This document shows, in pieces, positions 1-10,927 of a stretch of 32,000 bases of DNA. The position numbers were made by a program, and so were the translations under genes. Position 1 is the stretch's first letter; every line of letters begins with the position of its first letter. Origin of the DNA: Candidatus Saccharimonadota bacterium (GTDB lineage Bacteria > Bacteroidota > Bacteroidia > Cytophagales > Amoebophilaceae); assembly GCF_965196625.1 (NCBI RefSeq), contig NZ_OZ239769.1, forward strand, positions 930,001 to 962,000. The letters run 5' to 3'. The notes under the pieces were generated by a model, which was not told where the DNA came from, searched no databases, and worked only from the letters and a program-made list of their open reading frames with translations.

Positions 1-839
1 CAGATACATTCAAAGAGCTGTATGGTACAGAGGTATCACACAGTTTAATTTCGAAAGTAACTGAATCTGTTATTGAGGAGATTACTGTTTGGCAGAATCG
101 TCCATTAGAAACAGTATATCCCATATTGTATTTAGATTGTATCGTTATCAAGTGTCATCAAGATAAACGCGTAATCAACAAATCAATTTATTTGGCATTA
201 GCCATTAATTGTCAAGGGCAAAAAGAATTACTTGGTTTGTGGATAGCAGAAACCGAAGGTGCAAAATTTTGGCTCTCAGTATTAACTGAGTTAAATAATC
301 GTGGCATTAAGGATATTTTTATTGCTTGTGTTGATGGATTAACCGGATTTCCAGATGCTATTAATACAGTATTTCCAAAAACCAAAATTCAGTTATGCAT
401 TGTTCATCTTATTCGTAATTCGTTACGTTATGTACCCTATAAGGACATGAAGTCCGTCGCATCGGATCTTAAAGTTATTTATCGCGCTATTTCTCTTGAG
501 CAAGCGGAAGAAGCACTTCTTATTTTTAGTGAAAAATGGGATAAAAAATATCCAGCTATTAGTCGTTCATGGCATAAAAATTGGAGCAACATTATAACTA
601 TTTTTGACTATCCTGATGAAATACGAAAAATTATTTATACGACCAATGCCATTGAATCACTCAATAGCGTTATTAGAAAATCTATCAATAACCGTAAAAT
701 TTTTCCTAATGACCAATCTGCATTAAAAGTAGTATATTTAGCCATACAGAAGGCATCACAAAAGTGGACTATGTCTTTACATGATTGGAGAGCGGCTCTG
801 AATCGATTCGCTATCGAATTTGAGGGAAGATTCTCCTAA
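1..839 (+). CDS. IS256-family (Mutator-type) DDE transposase, 5' end off the window
   Basis: The frame is open from position 3 (DTFKELYGTEVSHSLISKVTESVIEEITVWQNRPLETVYPILYLDC...). Family-typical motifs are present: ACVDGLTGFPDAI, QLCIVHLIRNS, TTNAIESLNS. Stop codon at 837-839. Confidence 0.9.
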   Translation, partial: DTFKELYGTEVSHSLISKVTESVIEEITVWQNRPLETVYPILYLDCIVIKCHQDKRVINKSIYLALAINCQGQKELLGLWIAETEGAKFWLSVLTELNNRGIKDIFIACVDGLTGFPDAINTVFPKTKIQLCIVHLIRNSLRYVPYKDMKSVASDLKVIYRAISLEQAEEALLIFSEKWDKKYPAISRSWHKNWSNIITIFDYPDEIRKIIYTTNAIESLNSVIRKSINNRKIFPNDQSALKVVYLAIQKASQKWTMSLHDWRAALNRFAIEFEGRFS

Positions 840-869
840 AAAACGGCACTTACACAAAATAATTTACAG
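1..869 (+). mobile_element. Right-hand part of an IS256-family insertion sequence; right boundary approximate (840-870)
   Basis: The transposase ends at 839. The neighbouring minus-strand AAA-ATPase/PDDEXK gene stops prematurely at 864-866 (tail ...GIALSL*), whereas the intact paralog has about 20 further residues. This suggests the IS end abuts or truncates it. The terminal inverted repeat was not verified because the left end is not in the window. Confidence 0.55.
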
Positions 870-2547
870 GCTCAAAGCAATACCAACTTCTATTACCTCC
901 TGGACATGAGGATATTGTAGTATTTCAGTATGATAGGCTTGTGCTTGTATTTGCGATAAGGCCAGTTTAGAAGCGCTTTCTAATTCTTCTTCTTTCCGAA
1001 CCTGCTTAAATTCCAATAGCAGCGCCTTGGAACCTTCTTTTTTAGGTATTAACAGCAAGATCATAACGACCTAAGCCACTTTCTCTATTGGAGCGTATAT
1101 AATGGGTGATACCCAAACTGGCTAACATCCCTAACACAAGAGCATGGTAAAACCCTTCTGATCTATTACTTTTTTGTGTATCAAAATAGCTAACACTTCG
1201 ACGTAAAAAGGAGCTAAGCTGTTCTACAAAAGAAGGAACGTCACCAGCTACCAAATGTTTCAAGAAAGAATCATATTGCCGCTTTCTCTCAAACTGATTA
1301 ATGAACCATTCTTGAAAAAATGTACTATAGAGTCTCCATATTTCATAATTGGGTAGTCTGACTCTACAATCATATACTGTAGTATAGGCACTTAAACTAC
1401 TGCTTTCAAAGGTTAAATAGCCAGCAAACAATAAAAGGCTCCAAAAAGATGTATCATCTTTATCTAGGATATCAAAAGCAAGGTGTTTGTTGATAGATAT
1501 ATCTAAAGATTCCCCGCGCATCAACTGTTCGAACTGTTCTTTGATATCAGAATGAGCAGTAAGTACCTTTTGTTCAATTAAGTTATTATTACCCGTATTC
1601 ACCCAATAGACATCAAAACGACCTGATTTATTGATACAAGAAATAATAGACCAAGGGTTGTACATGACTAAATTCCCTACCCTATAACCATTGTACCAAC
1701 TTTTTACTTCCTCCATAGCAGCACTAAGACCATGTTCTTTAAATAAATAGGAAACTTCCGTTTCACTAAATCCAAAGTGTGCGCTATATTCTTCATCTAG
1801 CAAGGTATAGGTCTCTAGATTATTCAATCCAGAAAGCATACTATCTTTAGAAACACGCAATATGCCCGTTAAAACGCCTCTTTCTAGTGCATTATTATCC
1901 TTTAAAGCAGCACTAAATAGATTACGCATAAATGCGACCATCGCATCCAAATATTCCTTATTACCGTAAGCTTTGTTGAGTGGGGTATCGTATTCATCTA
2001 TCAAAATATAAACTTTTTGACCATGGTGTTGGTAGAGGCATTGACTAAGGAGCTTTAAAGATGATTCTAATTCTTGCTGATTGGATTGCTTATTCAGGAT
2101 AGTATGTAATTGTCCTAGCTGTATTTCATTAATTTTATTGCTTTTTAACAAGTAGGCATATGCACTATAGACCTCTATGGTCAACCTATACACCGAATTG
2201 TACTCACCTTCAAAATTATCTGCATGAACATCCTTAAAACTGATCATAATAATCGGATACTTACCTTGATGTTGATTAATGTAGCTACCACCATCTAACT
2301 TGCTAATCACTAAATCATCAAATAAGCCTTTTGTATTTACGCCATTCACTTCTTCTGAAAAAAAATGCTGCAGCATAGACATATTGAGTGTCTTTCCCCA
2401 ACGGCGAGGGCGTGCGATTAGCGTAACCTTCTCCCCTTTGCTCAGGAAATCAGCAATCATGACTGTCTTATCACAAAATAGGTAATCCCCTTTTACTAAC
2501 TCTTGAAAGTTACTAACCCCAATCGGTAATTTTTTCATGATGAGCAT
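864..2547 (-). pseudogene. AAA-ATPase_like (PF09820-type) plus PD-(D/E)XK nuclease (PDDEXK_9-type) family gene, split by a frameshift and 3'-truncated
   Basis: The 501-aa ORF (1042-2547) carries Walker A ARPRRWGKT and Walker B ILIDEYD, and ends GRYDLAVNT*. The 66-aa ORF (864-1064), in the +1 frame, continues with KKEGSKALLLEFK, the E-x-K half of the nuclease motif. Together they are colinear with the intact 566-aa paralog at 14439-16139. The frame switch lies at a T6/A6 tract at 1038-1043. Confidence 0.8.
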
Positions 2548-2615
2548 ATTTAAAACTATGCAATCTATTTAAATATAGGTTATGATAACTAGCGACTTAA
2601 TATAAATTGATTATG

Positions 2616-3227
2616 CTATTGCTTGACTGTAGTGATTTTTTTGAGATAATTACTCAATCCCATATGATTGCTATACCCCAATATAGCTGCTATTTTTCTA
2701 ATCGAAAGGCCCAAACCAGCCAGTTCTTTGATTCGGTCAAGATCTTTATCAAACTTACTTTTTTGAATCGTCCCCTTCGGCTTACCTAACTTTACCCCTT
2801 GTAGTTTCTTAGCCTGTAAAGCTTCTTTGGTTCTTAGACTCACTAGATCACGTTCTAGCTCAGCTAACAGAGAAAATATCGTTACAATGATCTTAGAACT
2901 CAGACTGTGTTTGTTCAAATCTAACCCTTGCTTAATGGCCATGATTCGGATCTTTCTTTTAATCATTTCATTGATTAGATGAATCACTTCTGAGGTACTC
3001 CTACCCAATCTACTGATTTCAGTAATAATGATGGTGTCTCCATCTGATAACTTACCTAGTAATTCATCGATTCTTCTTTTTAGCCGATCCTGTTGAGAAG
3101 AGATTTGGGTTTCTATTATATCATCAATGGTCAGCTCTTTTTTTCTAGCATATTCATAGAGTTCCAGCTTCTGATTGTTTACATCTTGTTGACTGGTCGA
3201 AACACGAATATAGGCAATGGTTTTCAT
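2616..3227 (-). CDS. Small serine recombinase (resolvase/invertase family) with C-terminal HTH
   Basis: MKTIAYIRVSTSQQ (catalytic Ser motif), ITEISRLGRS, LLAELERDLVSLRTKEAL, and a C-terminal HTH SIRKIAAILGYS. The start was set at the Met of MKTIAYIRVS because the ORF track extends 8 codons further, to 3251. Confidence 0.9.
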   Translation of the reverse strand: MKTIAYIRVSTSQQDVNNQKLELYEYARKKELTIDDIIETQISSQQDRLKRRIDELLGKLSDGDTIIITEISRLGRSTSEVIHLINEMIKRKIRIMAIKQGLDLNKHSLSSKIIVTIFSLLAELERDLVSLRTKEALQAKKLQGVKLGKPKGTIQKSKFDKDLDRIKELAGLGLSIRKIAAILGYSNHMGLSNYLKKITTVKQ

Positions 3228-3308
3228 CTGGTAAAAGTGGAGTGTAAACAATTAATATAAATATCTATATAATTTACAGAATGTATAACAGATATAAAGT
3301 GTTTTACC

Positions 3309-3323
3309 TATACAAATTGTATA
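3309..3323. repeat. Perfect 7-1-7 palindrome TATACAA-A-TTGTATA about 80 bp upstream of the recombinase start
   Basis: Read directly from the sequence. A TGTATAA half-site also recurs at 3282-3288. The surrounding DNA is AT-rich, so chance is not excluded. Confidence 0.3.
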
Positions 3324-3563
3324 AGTAATAACGTTTTTAGTGTACAGAAAGTGCTTCCTAAATCCTAACTAGACCCTTAACTTTCTATATAACCCTTTAG
3401 ATGATATTGTAGCACTTACAGGTTTATCTATCAAACAAGTAGAACAACTCATGCAGGCTAATTAAATTTTGTAAATTTATCTATTCTATTTTGCAGTAGG
3501 CATCACGCCTATACATCCCTAAATAAAAAGAAAAGGATATGGATTCTAAAAAAGAAGATAAAG

Positions 3564-3887
3564 CACTTCGCACAAGGCAATAAAGGACTATTTAAGGAAT
3601 GTATTATTTATAGGGACAAAACATATAAATGGAAGAAATATCCAGTTATTTGGTTGAATTTCTCAAAGTTAAGTGCTAAAACAGGCGCATCACTGGAGGC
3701 TAGTTTAGTAAAAAAATTATATGACATCGCTGATGATTATGATATAGATAAATCTAAGATGCAACCTATCATTGGGTCACCAACGGTGAACGACTCACTT
3801 AATGACTTGATTAGGGCACTGCAACAATTAGGTGGTAATTATGCCTCAACCATATGCGTGAATAGATTTTTTATCGGCGACCATTAG
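3564..3887 (+). pseudogene. Internal fragment of another AAA-ATPase_like/PDDEXK_9 paralog (about residues 75-150 of the family only)
   Basis: The in-frame translation HFAQGNKGLFKECIIYRDKTYKWKKYPVIWLNFSKLSAK aligns with IASGEKEIFKDCYIGKPENGYEWKKYPVIKLDHSRLTND of the intact copy. No Walker A lies upstream and no Walker B or nuclease domain lies downstream. Confidence 0.7.
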
Positions 3888-4041
3888 CGCTTTAACTTGA
3901 CGAAATGAGAACAACCGCCCATTAAAACGATTTTTATTGTAAAATCTATAATAAAAATTTGCAAATTAAATATAAATATATTATACTAAAATGTTTTTTA
4001 GAGGAAAAGTATCTTAAAATATTTTAACTTTTGCTTAGCTT

Positions 4042-4710
4042 ATGTTTAAGTATAATATCAAAAAATACATTTTTTTAATAGCAGCTTGCACGCTGAGTAA
4101 TTGTCAGCAATACCATCCGATGGAAATGTTGACCTGCTTGACTAAACTTTCTTCATTTATTCCTTCAGATAAAGGATACAAAGAAAGCTCCCCAGTTGCT
4201 TATGCAAAACTAGAAGTGCTACTTCCCAAATTTATTGTAGCAGTATTGCCTAGCCCCGGGGAAAATGCAGCACAAACCGATCAAATCAAGAATGCGCTAA
4301 AGAAAAGTTTTGGAGAAGATATTTCTGTCATTCAAATAAAATCAATAGAAGGTTTAAAACCAATAGATATAGAAGAAGAGCTAAAGATAGAACAGTATAC
4401 AAAAGAAATTTTCAATGAAATACTCTGTACCTTAGCGGATAGATTCCATATCAAATCCTCGCTCAAATTCCAAAAATATAATCTGCCCATCCATATACTT
4501 GGTTATGAACAACCTAAATTGGTGGCTAGCATCAAAGCACAAAACTACAACTTGTTATCATCTTCATTATGCAATATTAAAACCCTATCTGTTGCAGATC
4601 CAGTTGAGGATAAAAAGCTCATTAAGAATGATATGACAATACACTTTTTTAAATACGATGAAAATAAAAATATACCGGGTTATATAGATTTTTTAAAGCA
4701 AGAAGGATAA
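4042..4710 (+). CDS. Hypothetical lipoprotein
   Basis: The N-terminus MFKYNIKKYIFLIAAC has a basic n-region, a hydrophobic core and a lipobox-like IAAC. I recognise no family for the rest. Confidence 0.5.
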   Translation: MFKYNIKKYIFLIAACTLSNCQQYHPMEMLTCLTKLSSFIPSDKGYKESSPVAYAKLEVLLPKFIVAVLPSPGENAAQTDQIKNALKKSFGEDISVIQIKSIEGLKPIDIEEELKIEQYTKEIFNEILCTLADRFHIKSSLKFQKYNLPIHILGYEQPKLVASIKAQNYNLLSSSLCNIKTLSVADPVEDKKLIKNDMTIHFFKYDENKNIPGYIDFLKQEG

Positions 4711-4718
4711 AGAGATCA

Positions 4719-6032
<1,314 letters not shown>

Positions 6033-6070
6033 TCATTTTACATATTAAGAAATAGATCATAAAGGCCAAC

Positions 6071-7621
6071 TCACCTAAAACGCAGCAAACTTTTCCCTGT
6101 CATTTCTTTAGGGGGTTGCAAGTCTAATAGAGCTAATAAGGTTGGTGCCACATCTGCTAAACTACCAGATATGGCTAGACTAGCAGGGCGGCCCATGTAA
6201 AGCAATGGAACAGGTGCTAGGGTGTGTGCGGTATGGGGTTGTTGTATCGCCTCATCATACATACATTCTGCATTGCCATGATCGGCTGTAATAAGGGCTT
6301 CTCCCCCTTGCTTTTGTAATGCAGCAATAATGCTTCCCATACAGCCATCTACAACAGCAATGCCTGCTTCCGTAGCCTGTTGATTGCCTGTATGGCCCAA
6401 CATATCCGGATTGGCAAAGTTGCAAATAATTACATCATAGGCCTTCTGTTCAATGGCTTTAACCACTTGATCGGTAACTTCTAGTATACCCATCTCAGGC
6501 ACTACATCATAGGTAGCTACCTTTTTAGAAGGAATCAGTAAACGGGTTTCACCAGGAAAGGGCGCTTCAATAGCTCCATTGAAAAAGAAGGTAACATGGG
6601 CATACTTTTCTGTTTCTGCAATACGCAGCTGGGTAAAACCCGCTTGGGCCAGGTAGGCACCTAAACCATTTTGTATAGACAAAGGCGGAAAAGCAATACG
6701 ACTAGGGATATCAGCTGCATAGGCGGTTAATGAAACAAAATCCCCCAAACGGGGGAAAGCCGAACGGTTAAAGTGTGCGCAATCAGGATCAGTTAAAGCA
6801 CGGCTAAGCTGTCTTACTCGATCTGAACGAAAGTTCATAAAAAAAACCACATCACCTGAATCAATCGTTATAGCTAGTTGACCTGGTGTATATACAGCAG
6901 TAGGTTGTACAAACTCATCGGTTTCACCCCGTGCATAAGCGGCTTGCAACCCGCTTAAAGCCGTTGAAGCACTATAAGTAGATTGACCGGCTACTATACA
7001 ATTATAAGCCGCTTGGGTACGCTCCCAACGATGGTCTCTATCCATTGCATAATAGCGACCAGTCAGGGAAGCAATGGTACCTAGCCCTATTTGGTCACAT
7101 TTGTTTTGCAATAATTGAATGGAAGCTGCGGCACTCATAGGTGGTGTATCACGCCCATCTAAAATGGCATGGATATAACAATTTTGTATAGCCTTTTGCG
7201 CACATAATGTTAATAAAGCAGCTATGTGGTTTTCATGGCTGTGCACGCCACCAGGCGACAATAGCCCGATTATATGAACAGATGTCTGCGCATCCTTTGC
7301 CTTGCGTAAGGCAGATAAAAATACTGTATTATTAAAGAAATCACCTGTTTCAATGGCTTTATTCAAACGGGTTAAATCCTGATCCAGCACACGACCTGCT
7401 CCAATCGTCAAATGGCCAACCTCAGAATTACCCATTTGGCCTTCTGGCAAGCCTACTGCATAGCCAGATGCATCCAATAGAGTATGCGGATAGGTCTGCA
7501 TGAAATGATCCCAATAGGGCGTCTTTGCCGCCGCAATAGCATTATAACGGGTTTGCGCAGCATGGCCCCAACCATCAAGGATCAGTAAAAGAATAGGTTT
7601 AGGTCTCTTGAATGTACGCAT
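6071..7621 (-). CDS. gpmI: 2,3-bisphosphoglycerate-independent phosphoglycerate mutase
   Basis: LLLILDGWG, GNSEVGHLTIGAGR, ILDGRDTPP, NFANPDMLGHTG, ITADHGNAE; 516 aa. Confidence 0.95.
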   Translation of the reverse strand: MRTFKRPKPILLLILDGWGHAAQTRYNAIAAAKTPYWDHFMQTYPHTLLDASGYAVGLPEGQMGNSEVGHLTIGAGRVLDQDLTRLNKAIETGDFFNNTVFLSALRKAKDAQTSVHIIGLLSPGGVHSHENHIAALLTLCAQKAIQNCYIHAILDGRDTPPMSAAASIQLLQNKCDQIGLGTIASLTGRYYAMDRDHRWERTQAAYNCIVAGQSTYSASTALSGLQAAYARGETDEFVQPTAVYTPGQLAITIDSGDVVFFMNFRSDRVRQLSRALTDPDCAHFNRSAFPRLGDFVSLTAYAADIPSRIAFPPLSIQNGLGAYLAQAGFTQLRIAETEKYAHVTFFFNGAIEAPFPGETRLLIPSKKVATYDVVPEMGILEVTDQVVKAIEQKAYDVIICNFANPDMLGHTGNQQATEAGIAVVDGCMGSIIAALQKQGGEALITADHGNAECMYDEAIQQPHTAHTLAPVPLLYMGRPASLAISGSLADVAPTLLALLDLQPPKEMTGKSLLRFR

Positions 7622-7666
7622 AGCATCTAAAAAGAAAGTTGAATGATGGATATATAGATCCCTTTC

Positions 7667-8410
7667 CTAGACTAAATTTTTAAGCCTACGCACCGCTTGA
7701 TCTTTCAAAAAGATCCATTTGCCACGAGGGATACGCTGCTTAGTAAGGTGGGCATAACCTACCCTATCCAATTTATCGACTAGATAACCCAAATGGCCAA
7801 ACATTCTTCTAATAATTCGGTTCTTACCCATATGGATCACCACACCTACTTGGGTTGGGTCTTGCGCTACTATAGCCACCCGATCTACCTTTGCCAGACC
7901 ATCTTCGAGTAAAAGGCCTTCTTGAAGAAGCTGTAAATGTTCAACTTGTATAGGCTTGTTCAACACTACATGATATAATTTTTCAACCCTGCTAGCAGGA
8001 TGCGACAACTTACGCGCCAAGTCCCCATCATTGGTTAGGAGTAATAGGCCTGTAGTATCATAATCCAAGCGACCAACGGGATAAATACGCTCAGCACAAT
8101 ACCTTTTGCTAATAAGATCTAAAACGGTTTTTCGGCCCTCAGGACCTTGAACGGTAGTAACATACCCCCTAGGCTTGTTTAAAAGTATATACCTTAACTT
8201 TTCTATATGCAAAGTAACACCTTTATACGCAACAACTGCATCGATGGGTATCCTGGTACCTACCTTTTGTACAACTGTGCCATTAACGGTAATACAACCT
8301 GATTGAATCAGTTGATCCGCCTCCCTCCTAGCACAAACACCCGCGTTACTTATAAACTTATTTAACCGTATTAAAGATGAAAGACAAGGCTTACTAGAAT
8401 AATCTTCCAT
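7667..8410 (-). CDS. Pseudouridine synthase, RsuA/RluB family, with N-terminal S4 domain
   Basis: S4-like IRLNKFISNAGVCARREADQLIQSGCITVNG and the catalytic motif GRLDYDTTGLLLLTNDGDL. Confidence 0.85.
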   Translation of the reverse strand: MEDYSSKPCLSSLIRLNKFISNAGVCARREADQLIQSGCITVNGTVVQKVGTRIPIDAVVAYKGVTLHIEKLRYILLNKPRGYVTTVQGPEGRKTVLDLISKRYCAERIYPVGRLDYDTTGLLLLTNDGDLARKLSHPASRVEKLYHVVLNKPIQVEHLQLLQEGLLLEDGLAKVDRVAIVAQDPTQVGVVIHMGKNRIIRRMFGHLGYLVDKLDRVGYAHLTKQRIPRGKWIFLKDQAVRRLKNLV

Positions 8411-8437
8411 AAAGAACAGATAACCAATATAATTTGT

Positions 8438-8812
8438 CTATTGGATTTGTTTTTTTGTATTTAACTTTGCATCCACCGCATACATGGTATGGGGCACTAC
8501 TTTTAAACGCTCCTTATCTATAACCTTTCCTGTTAAGACACAAATTCCATACGTACCATTTTTAATGCGTTGAATAGCAAGTTCAATTTGTTTGATAAAC
8601 TTTTGTTGACGTTCCGCCAATTGACCTACATTTTCTGTCTCTATTACTTCTGCATTTTCCTCAAAGGCTTTACCAGCAGGCTCAAGGCCCGCCTCTTGAC
8701 GACTCAAAACCTTTTCCAATACTTGAAGTTCATGGTTAGCTTTTTCTAATTTTTCTAAAAGAATTTTTTCAAAAAATCTTAGATCCTCAGATGAATATGC
8801 TTCCTCTTCCAT
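8438..8812 (-). CDS. DksA/TraR-family regulator (Bacteroidota-type, single Cys)
   Basis: A coiled-coil N-terminus followed by IKNGTYGICVLTGKVIDKERLKVVPHT. Confidence 0.75.
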   Translation of the reverse strand: MEEEAYSSEDLRFFEKILLEKLEKANHELQVLEKVLSRQEAGLEPAGKAFEENAEVIETENVGQLAERQQKFIKQIELAIQRIKNGTYGICVLTGKVIDKERLKVVPHTMYAVDAKLNTKKQIQ

Positions 8813-8923
8813 AACTTTTTGATCTTAATTGTAAGTAATCTAAAGCAACAAATTCAAAAATTGCTATTGCTATTGTACACTAAAGCAAGCTGGTAACCTA
8901 CGCCACCTTATTGCTTAATCTTT

Positions 8924-9673
8924 TTAGCTGACGAATAAAAGTTTATCTATAGGCTGTTCCAAAGCAATTAACATTCTACCACAATGCTCGCAAAGTACTA
9001 TTTTATTGCGCTCATATACGCCTATTTTTTGCTGAGGAGGAATGACTATACAACAACCACCACAGGCGCCTTTTTTAATAGGGACTACAGCCAAATTATT
9101 AGGCACATTGTTTTTAATCCTTTCATAAGCAAGATATAAAGGCTCACCTAGCACGGCTATTACAGTTTTTCTTTTTTCGTGCAAGGCAGACTCCTCTTTT
9201 TCACTTGCCTTTAAAATCAATTGCAGCTCTTCTTTTTTTAAAACTAAATCAGCTTTTTTTGATTCCAATAGTTTAGAAGAGGCTTCTAAATCAGCTTCTT
9301 CTTGCTCTATATTTCTATAAGCAGTATGTAGAAATTTTTCTGCAAGTTGGATATCCAATTTATGTAATTCAAGCTCTTTAGTAATGGCGTCATACTCCCT
9401 ATTGTTTCGGACTTCCATTTGCTGAGACTCATATTGCTGGAGTTTTTTTTCAGTTTGCTTGATAAATGCTTTCTTGTTGGCTACTTCTTCTCGCAGTGTA
9501 GTCAACAGCGATGCACGTGATTGGATGGTTGTAGATAAAGTTTCTATATCCCTTTCTAAGACATATACCTCCTCTGGAAGGGTGCCTCTAAGTTTTAAAA
9601 TATCATTAATATGCGTATCAGTTTCCTGAAGTTCATAGAGCTTAGTCAATTTAATTGCAATATTTTTATCCAT
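8924..9673 (-). CDS. Coiled-coil protein with C-terminal C4 zinc ribbon (COG1579/DUF164-like)
   Basis: A long heptad-rich body ends in GACGGCCIVIPPQ...CEHCGRML. It lies 4 nt downstream of the Nif3-like gene, a pairing I recognise from other genomes. Confidence 0.7.
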   Translation of the reverse strand: MDKNIAIKLTKLYELQETDTHINDILKLRGTLPEEVYVLERDIETLSTTIQSRASLLTTLREEVANKKAFIKQTEKKLQQYESQQMEVRNNREYDAITKELELHKLDIQLAEKFLHTAYRNIEQEEADLEASSKLLESKKADLVLKKEELQLILKASEKEESALHEKRKTVIAVLGEPLYLAYERIKNNVPNNLAVVPIKKGACGGCCIVIPPQQKIGVYERNKIVLCEHCGRMLIALEQPIDKLLFVS

Positions 9674-9676
9674 TGG

Positions 9677-10843
9677 TTAGTCATTAATGTGATGCACAGG
9701 ATTGGTAATAGTTTTACAGCGCAGTATTACAATATTATTAAATTCTTTTGACAATAATGCAAGTATTAGTTTTTTTAGGCCTAATCGGGTAGCATCATAC
9801 CCTACATCAATCAGTAATGTTTTACCATTAGCTTCTAAAAACTGCTCATACTGTAAACCTGTTGTAATAAACGCATCTATTTTTTTGTGCAAGACTTCTT
9901 TAAGCAACCAGCCACCATTGCCCGCATAAATGGCAACTTTTTTGATAGGCCGGTCGAAATAGTTGGTGTGCTGAAGGTGGGATAAAGTCAATTTTGTTTT
10001 GATATACTTTAAGAAATATTTTTCTGGCAACTCTATAGGCAAACTACCTACTACACCACTACCTATATGGTTTACAACTACTTCCACCTGTTCTAAATAG
10101 TAGGTAACCTTTTCATAAGGATGTGCATGCAATAAAGTTTGAATGATTTTTTCCTTACAAGGCATGGGGACTATAAAAGCAAGCTGGCTTTCTTGTGAAA
10201 ATTCTACCTTTGCAGTAGAGGAAACATGCGATAAAGACCCTGACCCTGTTGCGCAATGCAGATTAGCTGCAACACCTGTTAGATTTTGAGTGGCCAATAC
10301 AGCCCCTACTTGACATAAAGATTGAATGAGATGCTTTTCTGCATGAGGCGGCACAAAAGTAGTAAGCCTATGCAGCATTACCTTATGAGGAATAATCGGA
10401 TGGGTCTCTTGTAATTCAATAAAACTAGCCATCCTATGGCTCGTTCCTCGACCGAAATGATCTAAATTGGTACTCAAAACATAAATGGTAAGTCCATGCT
10501 TTATCGCCTTGATCACACATCTACCGGCATAAGTTTCTGGAATGATTTGAGCCAATGGTTCAGTAAAGACAGGCTGGTTTACAATTATAAAATTGCATCC
10601 TTTTTCGATAGCCTCATCCAATACCTTTTCTGTTATATCCAAAGAAATCAATATACCAGTCACTACATGATCTATATCACCAACTATAATACCGGATGTT
10701 GCCACACTACTCTGACCTTGCAATTGCACTTTTTGCTCCAAGTAGCTTACTACATCGGATATAGTAACAGAAGTGTCGCTATATCTTGGTGCTTTTATAG
10801 TCATCGTGGTGTTATATATAGGCAAAATATATTCATACAACAT
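9677..10843 (-). CDS. Nif3-like dinuclear metal centre protein (YbgI/YqfO family)
   Basis: ISDVVSYLEQ...SGIIVGD..., IIVNQPV, and a C-terminal half with an inserted domain typical of the long Nif3 form. The true start may be the Met at 10804 (MTIKAPRY...). Confidence 0.75.
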   Translation of the reverse strand: MLYEYILPIYNTTMTIKAPRYSDTSVTISDVVSYLEQKVQLQGQSSVATSGIIVGDIDHVVTGILISLDITEKVLDEAIEKGCNFIIVNQPVFTEPLAQIIPETYAGRCVIKAIKHGLTIYVLSTNLDHFGRGTSHRMASFIELQETHPIIPHKVMLHRLTTFVPPHAEKHLIQSLCQVGAVLATQNLTGVAANLHCATGSGSLSHVSSTAKVEFSQESQLAFIVPMPCKEKIIQTLLHAHPYEKVTYYLEQVEVVVNHIGSGVVGSLPIELPEKYFLKYIKTKLTLSHLQHTNYFDRPIKKVAIYAGNGGWLLKEVLHKKIDAFITTGLQYEQFLEANGKTLLIDVGYDATRLGLKKLILALLSKEFNNIVILRCKTITNPVHHIND

Positions 10844-10927
10844 GGACCTGTTTAGATCTGTATTATAGGTAATATAAGAAATATATCGTTATTTGTGTAA
10901 TAGTTTCAATGATTTTTTATTATTAAG

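Noticed and set aside
859-869. The 11-mer ATAATTTACAG is shared between the IS end region (859-869) and the recombinase upstream region (3269-3279)
   Set aside because: Both flanks mismatch immediately. By rough estimate, hundreds of shared 11-mer pairs are expected by chance in 32 kb of AT-rich sequence.
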